NCBI GenBank assembly: GCA_964057225.1
Contig: OZ059898.1
Coordinates: forward strand, 9,238,001 to 9,302,000
Reading direction: 5' to 3'
Origin: Auanema rhodensis
Lineage: Eukaryota > Animalia > Nematoda
Length of the DNA stretch: 64,000 bases
Shown here piece after piece: positions 27,763 to 39,500 of the stretch (the first letter of the stretch is position 1; each line of letters begins with the position of its first letter). The notes below the pieces were generated by a model. That model did not search any database. It saw only the letters and a list, made by a program, of their open reading frames with translations, and was not told the DNA's origin. The translations under genes were made by a program, and so were the position numbers.

Positions 27763-29117
27763 TCATTGTTGGCAAACTTCTATCTTACACGTTATGCTGG
27801 TCTGACGGATCCATGAAGAACTAGATTTCGAAAAAAGAAGACTGTACCTAATCTAAAATATATTTGTTAATTGAAAATTTGTAAAACATATATAATAAAC
27901 ATACCCTTCAGCCAAATCTTTAAATGTATTTCCAGCTGAATAATATATTATATTATAATATACATTATCTCCAATAGGTGTTATAAGTTGTACAAATAAT
28001 AAAGATGAAACTATCAGCTGAAATAATGCAAAAAGATAGGCTTGAACATAGCCTTGAAGATGGCCGGCATCTGAGAGCCCAGAAGTTGACCTTGCTTTCT
28101 AAAATATAAATAAGAAAAACATTGAAGAATATCAAATATAAACCACTTAACAACAATGGAAAGTTGTTACTTACATTAAATTTGAACCTCAGAATAAGAT
28201 AAAATGTTTTTATATTTATAAGAAAAGCAGCTATTGTCACAACTTCTGTGCACACAAATATGATATGATTGATTTGATTCTCAGTTAATGAGCTATCTGA
28301 ATAGTTATAATTAAGGATCATATACTTTTTGTTTTCTATAAAATTCAATAAATTTTCAATATATCAAATTATTTTGAAAAATAAAGAAGTTCGCTACGCT
28401 TTCACGAGCAAACTAAATACAGCGAAAGGTGTTGACTTGATTATTTCTTTTATTTACACTTCTACTACTAATAAAACTCACATGTCCACATCCAACTGCA
28501 ACTGAATGTAACAGCTATGAATGGTACAGAATATAAAACCTAAATATGAGGATAATACATAGTTAAGAAATATATTTTCAAACAAACATTACAATGATGT
28601 GATGTAAAGATTCGACTATAATATTTCCAGTATGCTATTGCTATATATCGATTGATAGTCATAATAAATTCCGTAAAAAGGAAGTATAAAGGTGCTATAT
28701 TAATAATAACAGCAAATGTAATTTCAATTTCTCTAAAATGAATTAAACATGAAGATCTTCAAAAATTTCAGTTTGGAATTATTTTCTTTATGATTATCTT
28801 TATTTTATTTGTTTGAAAATACTGACATAAGTACTTAAGATAACTTACTTCGTGCTTACAATGATTGGACCAAGTGCGGCAATAATCAGATCTGCTATAG
28901 CCGATGTTATATGTATAACAGCTCTATATAAGGCTAAGCATGTATAAGGGTTCCAAGTAGGCTTACGATCAAAATACTTTCGTAAAAACATAGTAAAACA
29001 AAAAACAGAAACTAAATTGGCTAGCTAAAATCATAAATTAGAAAGATTACATATATTTGAAAAACTTACAATGCATACCATGCGAACAATGAAACATAGC
29101 TTATGCTCATCAAACAT
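27763..29117 (-). CDS. Divergent nematode 7TM chemoreceptor (Srx/Srg-superfamily-like); possibly a pseudogene
   Basis: Hydrophobic exons: MFDEHKLCFIVRMVCI|LANLVSVFCFTMFLRKY...AIADLIIAALGPII (29024-28860); LLLLLIIAPLYFLFTEFIMTINRYIAIAYWKYYSRIF (TM3 NRY motif, ~28634-28656); TM5 HIIFVCTEVVTIAAFLINIKTFYLIL; TM6 YVQAYLFALFQLIVSSLLFVQLI; ends ...IEVCQQ* at 27763. Two junctions and the true start are unresolved. Confidence 0.65.
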
Positions 29118-30541
29118 TAAGAGCTAAGAAATAATAAAAAAGAATATGAGGTAAGTTGAACTAGTTATGTATCTGATATATTATTTCTGTTCACTTGAAT
29201 AACTGAAAGAATTTACGTAATTGAACTAATATAAGTATAAATGATATTTCTATTTATGTAAATATATATCTAATATCGAAAATAATTATATATATATTAT
29301 ATGAACATATTTTAAAGAAGAATTCAAAAATCATAAGTGCAACATTGATTATACAAATTTTCAAAATAACATTGTTTTAAAATCGAAATATATTCAATAC
29401 ATTATTTTACTTCAAGTAGCTCTCTCCACACATAAATCACACAAGATCAGATGGCTAAGCATTTCTGCATTTTGTTTTCTCTTTATTTTTTTAGATTAAA
29501 AAACAAATAGAAATGTGCAATTATGTTATATATCTATAATTAATACTCAAAGATTATTTTATGGATTTGCAGAGAATATTGTGTATGAAAGATTAACTAA
29601 AATTATAATAAAATTAAAAAGAAAATTCATTTTTATTACAGTATCTATTAAGTTATATATACTATATACAATGAAAATAAAAAGATTTATAAATTTTATC
29701 AAATAATTAATAAATTAAATTAATTTATTTTACTGATCTTAAGGTTTTATATGTAATTGTTTATAAATAGAAATAAATTTTGATCATTATGATTAGGACA
29801 ACTCGTTCCGCTAGAAATACTGAAAATTAATAGGCAATGAAAATTTAGAATGTAGTCATTCTTACATGTAATTATTATAATAAATTATTGAAAAATTGAA
29901 AGAATAATCATTAATTCAGTTTCAATTGCGAGTAGGCAGTCATATGTGATTTGAACATCATTAGAAAATAAAAAAAATATATTAGAGAATATTAAGCTTT
30001 TCCATCTTCAAAGTTTTTCTTTTTTAAGTTAAATGTATTCAATTAATAGAAATTCACATGTTATATATAGTATATATAGATGTATATATATATACTTAAT
30101 ACTATAGTTTAGAGGAGTATTTATTGAAAAAAAATGAAATAGGGTTTCAATACAATAATATTTGCTTTTAAAACAATTTACATAATTCAAAAAAAAAATA
30201 ATAAAATATGATTCCAATGTAAAGATTAAAAGCACATACACACGATAAAAGAGGAAATTATTATTTTTCAAAAGCTCATTTAAGCACAACATGTGAATAT
30301 AAGAATATTAAGTGGAATGCAAAATAAAGGAAATTAAATTATAAAAAAAAATTATATTTATATGTATTTTCAGAAAATAGAAAAAAAAGAAAAATTAATG
30401 ATAACCATAGAAAATAAATATTATTCCTATGTGTTGTCTTAGTGAGTACAAAAAAGTCAAATGATGAATAAGACAAAAATCCATTTACAGCATTGTGAGA
30501 AAATTCAGGCTGTCAATAGCAGTGAAAACAACACAAATGCA

Positions 30542-33500
30542 TTATTTTTCTTTTTCATCCTTTGTTTCAATGCCGGCCCATAATGGAGCTGATAAAGCCA
30601 TGTTTATACGATCAGGATTTTGAAAGTTGTATCTTTCTTCTAACGGACGATTTACCGTGTCAACACCGCTGAAATAAATATATATATATAGATATAGATA
30701 TAGATATATAATAGGTTTTTGTTTTATGAAAAGGCTCATTAAGTTAATTAATTTTTTCTGTTTTGTCTTATAATTCTATCAGCTGATTTAATTAGTTTAT
30801 TTTTTAGTGCACACATCACAAAGGCATGCAGAAGTAAGCGAAAATAGTAAACGACTACTTTGTATCATATAGCAACAATCGAACTTTTTTGTCAAAAAGT
30901 TTATATTTCGAAAGAAGTTTTTACTCACTCGTAAAGAAGAAGAGCTTAGTAGTTGAAGTTGCGTCGAACCGTGGTTTCAGTTTTGATTGAAGCTGCTGAC
31001 ACAACACTTTCTCTTGAATCTGTAGATAAAACACTTTCTTGCGAACCCATAGAATGGAAAGGATCAGTGGGATCTTCTTCCGCTATAGGAGCTCTTCTGC
31101 TTCCAAATTTGGCCAAGAATTGCTTTTTCATTGCATCTTCATTTTTCTTTGTCCTTTCCACTTTCTCTACAATTTCTGTGCGGTTTGTCGTTGTTGCTGT
31201 AGTGGTGGAAGTAACAACGAGACGTTGCGGAGGTGGCGCAGCTACAACACGTGGTGGGGAAGGTGTAGGTGTTTGTTGAGAAGTTTGTTGATTTGTGTTG
31301 CGAGCTGTTAAAGAATCTGGCTCAAAGAAGCTCGCACGATCTAGACTTGTATTCGAACGCTTGGTTATGTCCGTTCGAGGAGAATTATTTAATGAACTGT
31401 TGAGCATAGCGACAGTATCAGAGCTTCGTCGATCAGTGGTAGAGTGCGATGACGAGTGCGATGGAGCAAGAAGTGAACCAGTTTTTGAATTGTTCATAGC
31501 ATGTACATTGTCATAAAACGATTCCTGAAGTCGACGTTGCCGTTCAAATTCGGAGCTTGATTCTTGCTGAGAGTTTGATTGAGGTACAGAGTGATGATTA
31601 GCATCTGGGGTAGAATGATGAAATGCTGTCCCATACATGGCTTGTTGGTACGATCGATTCATTAATTCATCATCTTGCTCCAGATATCCACTGGCCGATC
31701 GAGGTAGAGGAGGAGGATATGAAAGTAATGAAGGTGTACTTGATCCTGGATCATGCAGCTTTGTCATCGAGCCCATTGGAAGACAATCCATATCTCTGAT
31801 ATCTTGTGGTCTCATCTCTGCAAGAATGGCTTGTCGGACCGTGGCAGGTAAATGATCAAGAGATATGTAACTTCCTTCTTCATCTGCATGTTCATCTTCA
31901 GCGTAAAAGGTATGTTCGTTTGAATTTTCGAGGTTATAGATTGGATATCCTTGGGGAATTTGTTCTAATTTGAGCATTTGATCAATGAGATGCTCTTGAT
32001 CTTCAAAATCGTCGTCATCCCCGTTATATACTGATAATGATTGTGGTCTATTCATATCCTCCATTTGACGTTTTTGTATTAAATGACTGAAATGTCTTCG
32101 TTTGTTGGAATCTGGCTTGCTCATCTCATCATCACTCATGACAGCAACATCATCATCGCTAGATGAAAACTCAAGTCGTTCAATCTCATGAGTTTGAATT
32201 TGATCACAGAAGGTGACACTTTTATGAGATACAGCTGATATACGTGATGATTCACTCACAGACGAATCTCGTCTTTCTCCAATTGTTTCCTTCTTTGGTC
32301 TACGATCTTTAGATAATGTTCTTCCACTAGTGGCTTTCTCATCTTCGGGAGATGATGTAGATGTTTGAGGACTATTCAAACTTGGTCTGCCGGTCGGTGG
32401 TTTTCGATGAGTCTTAGGTGAAGCTACTGAAACTTCGCGAACCGTATTTGTAGAGCGTGTACTTGATGCAACAGATTCATTGGATGGTTGACGAACAACA
32501 GCAGGCTTTGTTTGCTTGGTGCTTGGCTGATATTCCGTTGATGTTGCTTTATCAGGAATTTTCAGCTTTCCTTTTTTCTCCTTGTCTTGTTTATTACTAG
32601 CTCCTTTCAAGTCATCTTTGCACTCTCTGTTATCAGACGAAGATGATCGCTCCTTTTTCTTCTTCTCATCTTTACCTTCATTAGTAGAGCTACCGGCTTT
32701 TTCTTCGCTTTTTGATCTTTTTTTCTTTTGTTTTATTGTTTCCTTTTTGGATGCTAGTTTTGTTTCTTCTTCCTTTGTGGAAGGTTTACTAGAACTTGGA
32801 GATTTTTCTTTTTTTTTCGCGGATTCTGCATCTTCCTCCACCTTTGATAATGACGTTTGGCTTTTGTTCTTCTTATCCATCTTTTGTTGTTTTTTCTCCT
32901 CCTTTTCTCGTTCCTTTTCCTTTTTCTTCTCCTCCTTGGCTAATCGTTTACTTTCCTTTTCGCGATCTTCTTTCTCCTTCTTCTCTTCCTTTTCTCGTTC
33001 TTTCAGAGCTTTTTTCTCATCTTTTGACATCTTTTTCTTGTCCTTTTCACCACTAGACTCAACTTCCAGTTCGGGTTCAATATTCTCTGTCATCGCCTTT
33101 TCTAATGTTGCCAAAGCTTCATCTAACCGATCAGAAGTATCTTTTGATTTAGATCGTCTCTTCCGCCGCTCCGATTTTGCCCGAGCTGCAGAATCTTCCA
33201 ATTCATCTCTTTTCTGCTCAGTTTCATCATTCGTGCTCCACGTCTCTGGTTCAGCCGATTCATTGGCATCTAATGAAGGATCTCCACCTTGCCGTTGTCT
33301 TGATTTCACCTGGTTCTTTTGGAGGTTTGGAACATCTTCCCATTCCTTAGTTTTATATCCAGTACGTCCTTCGTGATCCCGATACCAAGCAGGATTCATA
33401 ACAATACTTTTGGTCATACTATCTTCGGATTTTCTGTCTTCTACTGAATCCGTTCCGCGTGACGCTCCTATTTGAGCGGCTTGCTCAGCGTTAGGCTTCA

Positions 33501-36500
33501 GGCGATTAGCTATAGCTTGTTTCAAAAGTGAGTTAGCTCCTCCACTTCGCCCGTTGGCTGGCCGCGCGTTGTTTCCACCACGTCGTGAGGTGTCGTACAA
33601 CGATCCTGCAAACATGATTGTGCAAGCGATATACTACAGACAAATATGTGCCAACATAAACATATAGCGTAAGGTAATTAGTTATGTAAAAGCTTAATAT
33701 TTTGTTTCTAGTAGTTAAAAACTTGAAAATCTAAAAGTTAAACAAAAAAAATAGAAATTTCTGTGGAAAAAAGTTACAAGCTATTTCAATAAGTGCTTCA
33801 TCATATAACCAAATATATATAATTATATATAATTGAGAAAATATATTTTTACCTGGGTCCAACTGACTCGGACTGTTCGAAGTTGTCTGGTGCGGGAGTT
33901 GTGAAGCCACTCCGGACAGATGCTGAGCTTCTCGCATGCTATAAAAAGAAAATAAATACTAAAATAAATAAAGATTTAATTTAAATATTACTGATATTTC
34001 ATGAATATCTTAAGAATATTACTGTTGTTATAAACAATGTGGATTCTTTCGAAATGTAAACTGATCATTACAGTAGTTAAATGGGTATATCAAGTATCAT
34101 TTCTTCAAAAACTTTAAAACGAATAATGTTCTTTAAAGATAACTAAATATTAGTTAACTATATGTATAAATATTTAATTTTTTTATATTTAATAAAATTA
34201 TTTTAATTTTATTGATATTAAACATACCAATCTTGCTCATCTTTGCTTAATGGAACTGTCTCTATAGGATAATGAAGGGAATAATTAGATATTCGAAAGC
34301 ATTCTTTCATTTGCTTTTCATAAATTCATATTTTTTTAGTTAAGAAAATAATGAAAAGAAGAAAATAATCATAGAAATTAAAAAATTTCTAAGTAAATCA
34401 CTTAATTAAATGAATAATTATATTATTGAATAATTTAGATTTGCTTTTGTTTTATAAGATAATAGGATATAAGATGAAAAGGCGTCATGCAGTGGGAGGA
34501 GTTTAGAAATGAAAAGACCTACCTTTCTTCTCTCAATTTTCATTTTATCTTCTTAACAATTATCAGCTGATGATACAACTCAGACACAACTGAGCATTTC
34601 TAAGCATATTGTAAGCTAACCATCCAACTGTTAAGATTAGATAGATTTTTATGGGGAATATTATGAAAATGTCATTGAAGAGCACATTATTACACATTGC
34701 TGTCTATTTAACTCAACAAACATTGAAATAGTTAATTCTTTTCTTTCATCTCAACTCTTTTTATCAATTTAGAAGAATTAGAGGGAGATGAGTAGTTGAT
34801 TCAGACAGAAAAAAACTAATATTATATCCATTAATCAACGAAATTTCAAATAATGCATCAGTTGCTATATTTCTGACATATCATTTATCTGAGGAATTGC
34901 CAACATTATCACGCATATCTCTCAAATTGCCGCTTTCCTATTAAACTTCTCGGTTTACACATCAATAATAGAAAAAATTCGAATAAGAACTATTTTCTGG
35001 GCTTTAATACGTTAAGCTTCGATGAACATACCTCAAAGCTGGGAAGGATGCAACAAACATAGAATTGGCATATACATTGGAGCATAAAACGGCAAAAAAA
35101 TGTCTCCTCTTCTCAACAATTTGAAAACGGGTGGTCAACACTACTAGGACGAAGAACAAGATCAGATTTTGACGTTAAAATACTTCCCGAAGGGAATAAT
35201 CTGATGCAATTTTGATGTATAGCACCCTAATTCGAGCCGAATTCGATGCTCTCATAGAGGTACAACAAGCTTTTGATCGGCATTTCAATGAAAATAATAT
35301 TTGAAAAAAAAGGAAAAGTTAGGGAAGTTTTAATTTTTTTTTTGTTTTTAAGTAACTCATGAATTATATAAAATATAACTTACTGAAATGTGATTGGAAT
35401 TGATGAATCAACTATCATATTATAAATTATTAAAAAATAGAAGAATAATCAATTTTCAAAAGAAAGTTAAGAATATTAGTAATCAACTTAAGAAATAATA
35501 TCTTTGTTTCGGTCAACTGATCCTATAAAACTAGCAACTGACTAGTTGGTATGACCATTATAGATTGAGATCGAATTTCGAGCAGAAGGTATCCATTTTA
35601 TTTGGAATCCTAATTACTCTATCACAAACTTTACTTTAAAACTTAAAGAATATGAAAGAACTGCGAGAGAAAAAGGGTAGAACACCTTTAAGGTCAACAG
35701 AGAATTTTAATTTATTCATGGGTTTCATTTGTTTCAGAATATGAATATGTAATAACCTGTGGGGGAGCGGAGGTCGGCCACTGGTGGTTGTGGTGCTCGG
35801 GCCTGAACTTGCTTGATGGTGCGAGGGAAAATGTTGATGCTGATGCTATAAACAAACATAGAAGAAACGTTTAAAACTTATATAAAATCGACATGTTCTT
35901 GAGGCGTTTCGTTGCCCAACTTGTGGGAACCATGCGCACCTTTTGCCCTCACCTGTCCCCCGGAGACGGGTGGACGACCCTCCCCGACCATTCCCTGAAC
36001 CCAATCAGGATACTTGTAAAGGCAACACGAGCGAATTTTCTTAGGAAGTGGAGGCGGTTCTTCTCTTAAAAAAGAAATATTTCATGTGCATTGGAAGCTT
36101 GTAAGCGCAATCTCGTTGACATTGTTCAATAAAAAAAGCTGGTGTGATATGAAAAAGATTTATTCATATAAACAAAAAAGTTTTCAAAGATAAAAAGAAA
36201 GCATAGCTTTCATTTAAACTTAAAATTTAGCAAAATGTTGTATACATATATACATATGTATATATATATTTAGATATATATATATATATACATATGAACA
36301 TAAATACATATATATACTATGTATACATCTATGTATATATATATTTTATAAAAATTTATTTATTTGCTGTGATTATGGAATGAAAAATCAACAGATTAGT
36401 GATAGCCGTGCTCTTGGGTTTTGGTTGTATGATGCTAATTCAATTCAAAATAGTTTGTTTTAGCTGCTGTGAGCTTTCGCTGCAGTCGATGTTGAGGCAG

Positions 36501-39500
36501 CTGATGATGGCAGTAACGACATATCGCTAAAGCTGCAATAGGTATGATATGAACGTGTGTTGAAGCCACAAGCGATGTGAAAAAGCATCCATTCAGGTGA
36601 CAACTTCAACTTACATCTTCGGGGCTGGCCTTTGCAAGAATGCGCTAAGCAAATCTATAGGGAAGGGGAAGATAATTGTTGAATTTTTCTCAGCTCTGCA
36701 ATGTTCTCAAATATAAAATTTGAACATCTTAGGTTAAACCCACGATATTGAATTTAAGGTTTGTAAATATCGTAATTGAATTGCTGATGGTGATTGGGCA
36801 ATTACTTCGGCTGCTTCCTTGAGAGCACGAGAAGCTTTCTGCTCTCCTTCAGCAACAATGACCTAAAGAAGAGTGATTACAAGTTTGCCGGTTAAAATAG
36901 ATTTTCTGAAGTAATTACCTTTGCCCTTGCTTCACGAGCAGCTTCAGCTTCTGCAGCCATAGCTCTCTGCAATTGGACTGGCAGACGAACGTCTTTCACT
37001 TCAACTCGTTCTACCTTCACTCCCCAAGGCTCTGTGGCTTCATCGAGAGTTGTCTAAAAATTATTTACTGTCATTCGTTTATGGAATATCAAATCGTTTT
37101 AAATGATCAAATTTTAACCTGCATTTGATGAGAAATAGCTTCGCGATCAGATAACATTTCAGCTAATGTCTTTGTACCCAAAATATTACGAAGAGTTGTT
37201 TGTGCTAAAAGTTTAGTTGATCTAGCCGCATCCTCCACATTGGTAACCTATAAATTAAAGAATTATTGACTATTATTCATAAACTTTTAATAAAAGTTGA
37301 TAAACAAAATAAAATTTAGGTTTTTACCGAAATCGTGGCATTAGAAATGCGAAAATATACAACAGCATCTACAGCAACCGTCACAGAATCTTTCGATAAA
37401 ATCTGTAAATTCATTGAATTTGTGATAAATAAAACTAAAAATAATCACTTCTTGAGGCGGCACTTCAAAGGAAAGCACACGTAAATCAACTTTTCGATAC
37501 GTATCAATACAAGGAACAATCAAAAAAATTCCTAAAATAATATTTTGATATACTTTTAAGGATTTTGGCTTATACCTGGTCCTTTTGCGCCTCCAGGCAT
37601 TAATCTACCAAGTCGAAATATAACTGCTCGTTCATATTCTTGAACTACCTAAAGCAAAATCAGATTTTTCTCATAATTAAAATAAAAATATAACAAACCT
37701 TAATACACATACAAGCCGATATGGGAAGAGTAACAAAGATAAGCAAGTAAGAGAGAATAGTGAGAATCCACCCGCAGACACCAAACTCATTTTGAATATT
37801 TGCTGAAATAAAAAAAATTATTTTACATATTTAATTAATTAATTTCAGATTTATCTTACAAATCTAAATATTTTACATAAAGGATTCTTATGTCTTATGT
37901 CTTATATATTTACCTCAGAATCGTTCTTTTCAATCAAAACACTAAAATTCATCAAATATTTCTCATTGAAAAGTTATGAGGTTCAAAGATTTTTCTTCAA
38001 ACTTTTTATATATTTGGCTCTTCAAAACGTATATTTGTTTTTTCCTCGAAAAAACCAATAATTTCCTAAAAATTTGATGCAAATTCCAAGACGTCTACGT
38101 AAATAAATCTTCCAACTTCACTTTTGACAAAAAAAACTCAAAATGATATAAGAAGGTTTTTCTTCTTGGAAGATATTCAAACAGAAAGGGAAATAAGAGT
38201 TTACTCTTGAGCTGTTCTTCATAATTTGATTTGAAAAATCGTGTTCAGTTTCTTCAAGATAGTGATGAATAATATAATATTAAATAAATTTAGAATATGT
38301 CTGTAGTTATTTCGCTGTCATTAGTCAGCTTTTGGCTAAAATATTAATGGCTTACACGTAGTTTACCCTGAATCGAACCTTTTTCTTTCTCTCTCTCTCT
38401 TTCTATTTCTCTATCTCTCTCTTTATCTCTGGATGTTTCTATGTTTCTATTTCATTCCTTGTACAGCTTCATCTTTTGATAAATATCACTCCATTTCTTT
38501 AGTTTATTTGAATTCTCTTCTAATTCTATTCTCTAGTTTTAAATAGTTGTTGAAGGGTAAATGAAATTATATGTCTAAATGAATATATATTTCAGTATTT
38601 GACAAACGAAAAGTCAAAAAAGATGTCAAAAATTTCTTTTATAAGTTCATATTTCAAACAGAAAATACAATTTGTTAAGTTAATTGTATTAATAGTTAAA
38701 ACCATTTTAACTATCCCTTAACTATATTATTTAAAATAAATATTTTCTGTTATTTTAAATTGATTGTTTTATATTTCATAAAAGTCCATATTCTCACGTA
38801 TACATGAATATATGTACATAGATAGATAGACAGATAGATAGATATATGTTAGAATTCTATAAGATATGTCTAATAATAAAAAATTCTTTAAGGGCAGATG
38901 AGAGAGTGAGCTTTGTTTATTCTCACCTGGAACAAGATTGAATTTCCTTGGATCCTTTTTAGAACTTCGACTACTTTCACGAGCCTTCATAACAGTTATG
39001 ATGATAGTTTATATCCACGTACCAATTAGCAATTGTGGATAATTAAGATAATTCTTTGATAAAATATTGGATATACGTATAGAAAAATATGAATAACTTA
39101 TATAGTAATAGAAAAAAATCTTTAAATGAATAAAAGAAATGGATTTAGGGAACTAATAGTTTAGTTAGATATTTAAGACCAGAACTAGTCAGTTACTTTG
39201 TCTGTGACGGTGGTCCTAGAACGAAAAAATTGAAAGGGCATCGAGCTGAGAGAGAGAGAGTAGTCCAAATGAATGGATGTAGGGAAGATATCAAATATCG
39301 TTTTAGAGAAATTTGTGAATATAATGCTTATGAGAGAGAAAAAGAGATAAAGTGGTGAAAGAAGGAGTAGAATATCGAAGGAAATTACAAGATACAAGAG
39401 AACAAGAAAGAAAGTATTAAGAGAGAATTGATTATATTACCAAGAAAAAAATAAAATGAAAAGACAGATGATGTGCAGGTTGGTTACTTTAGTGGTTAAA

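Noticed and set aside
32582-33376. 264-aa + strand ORF rich in F/S, and other + ORFs at 30953-33056
   Set aside because: Antisense shadow of the K/E-rich mec-2 giant exon; no independent features.
30946-33615. 889-aa ORF as a stand-alone intronless gene or transposon
   Set aside because: Its 5' end has an in-frame acceptor matching the mec-2 SQLDP donor; no transposase or RT motifs.
34228-35040. Possible 7-nt and 32-nt extra mec-2 exons that together keep frame
   Set aside because: Needs a weak GAG acceptor and has no homology support; too speculative without reads.
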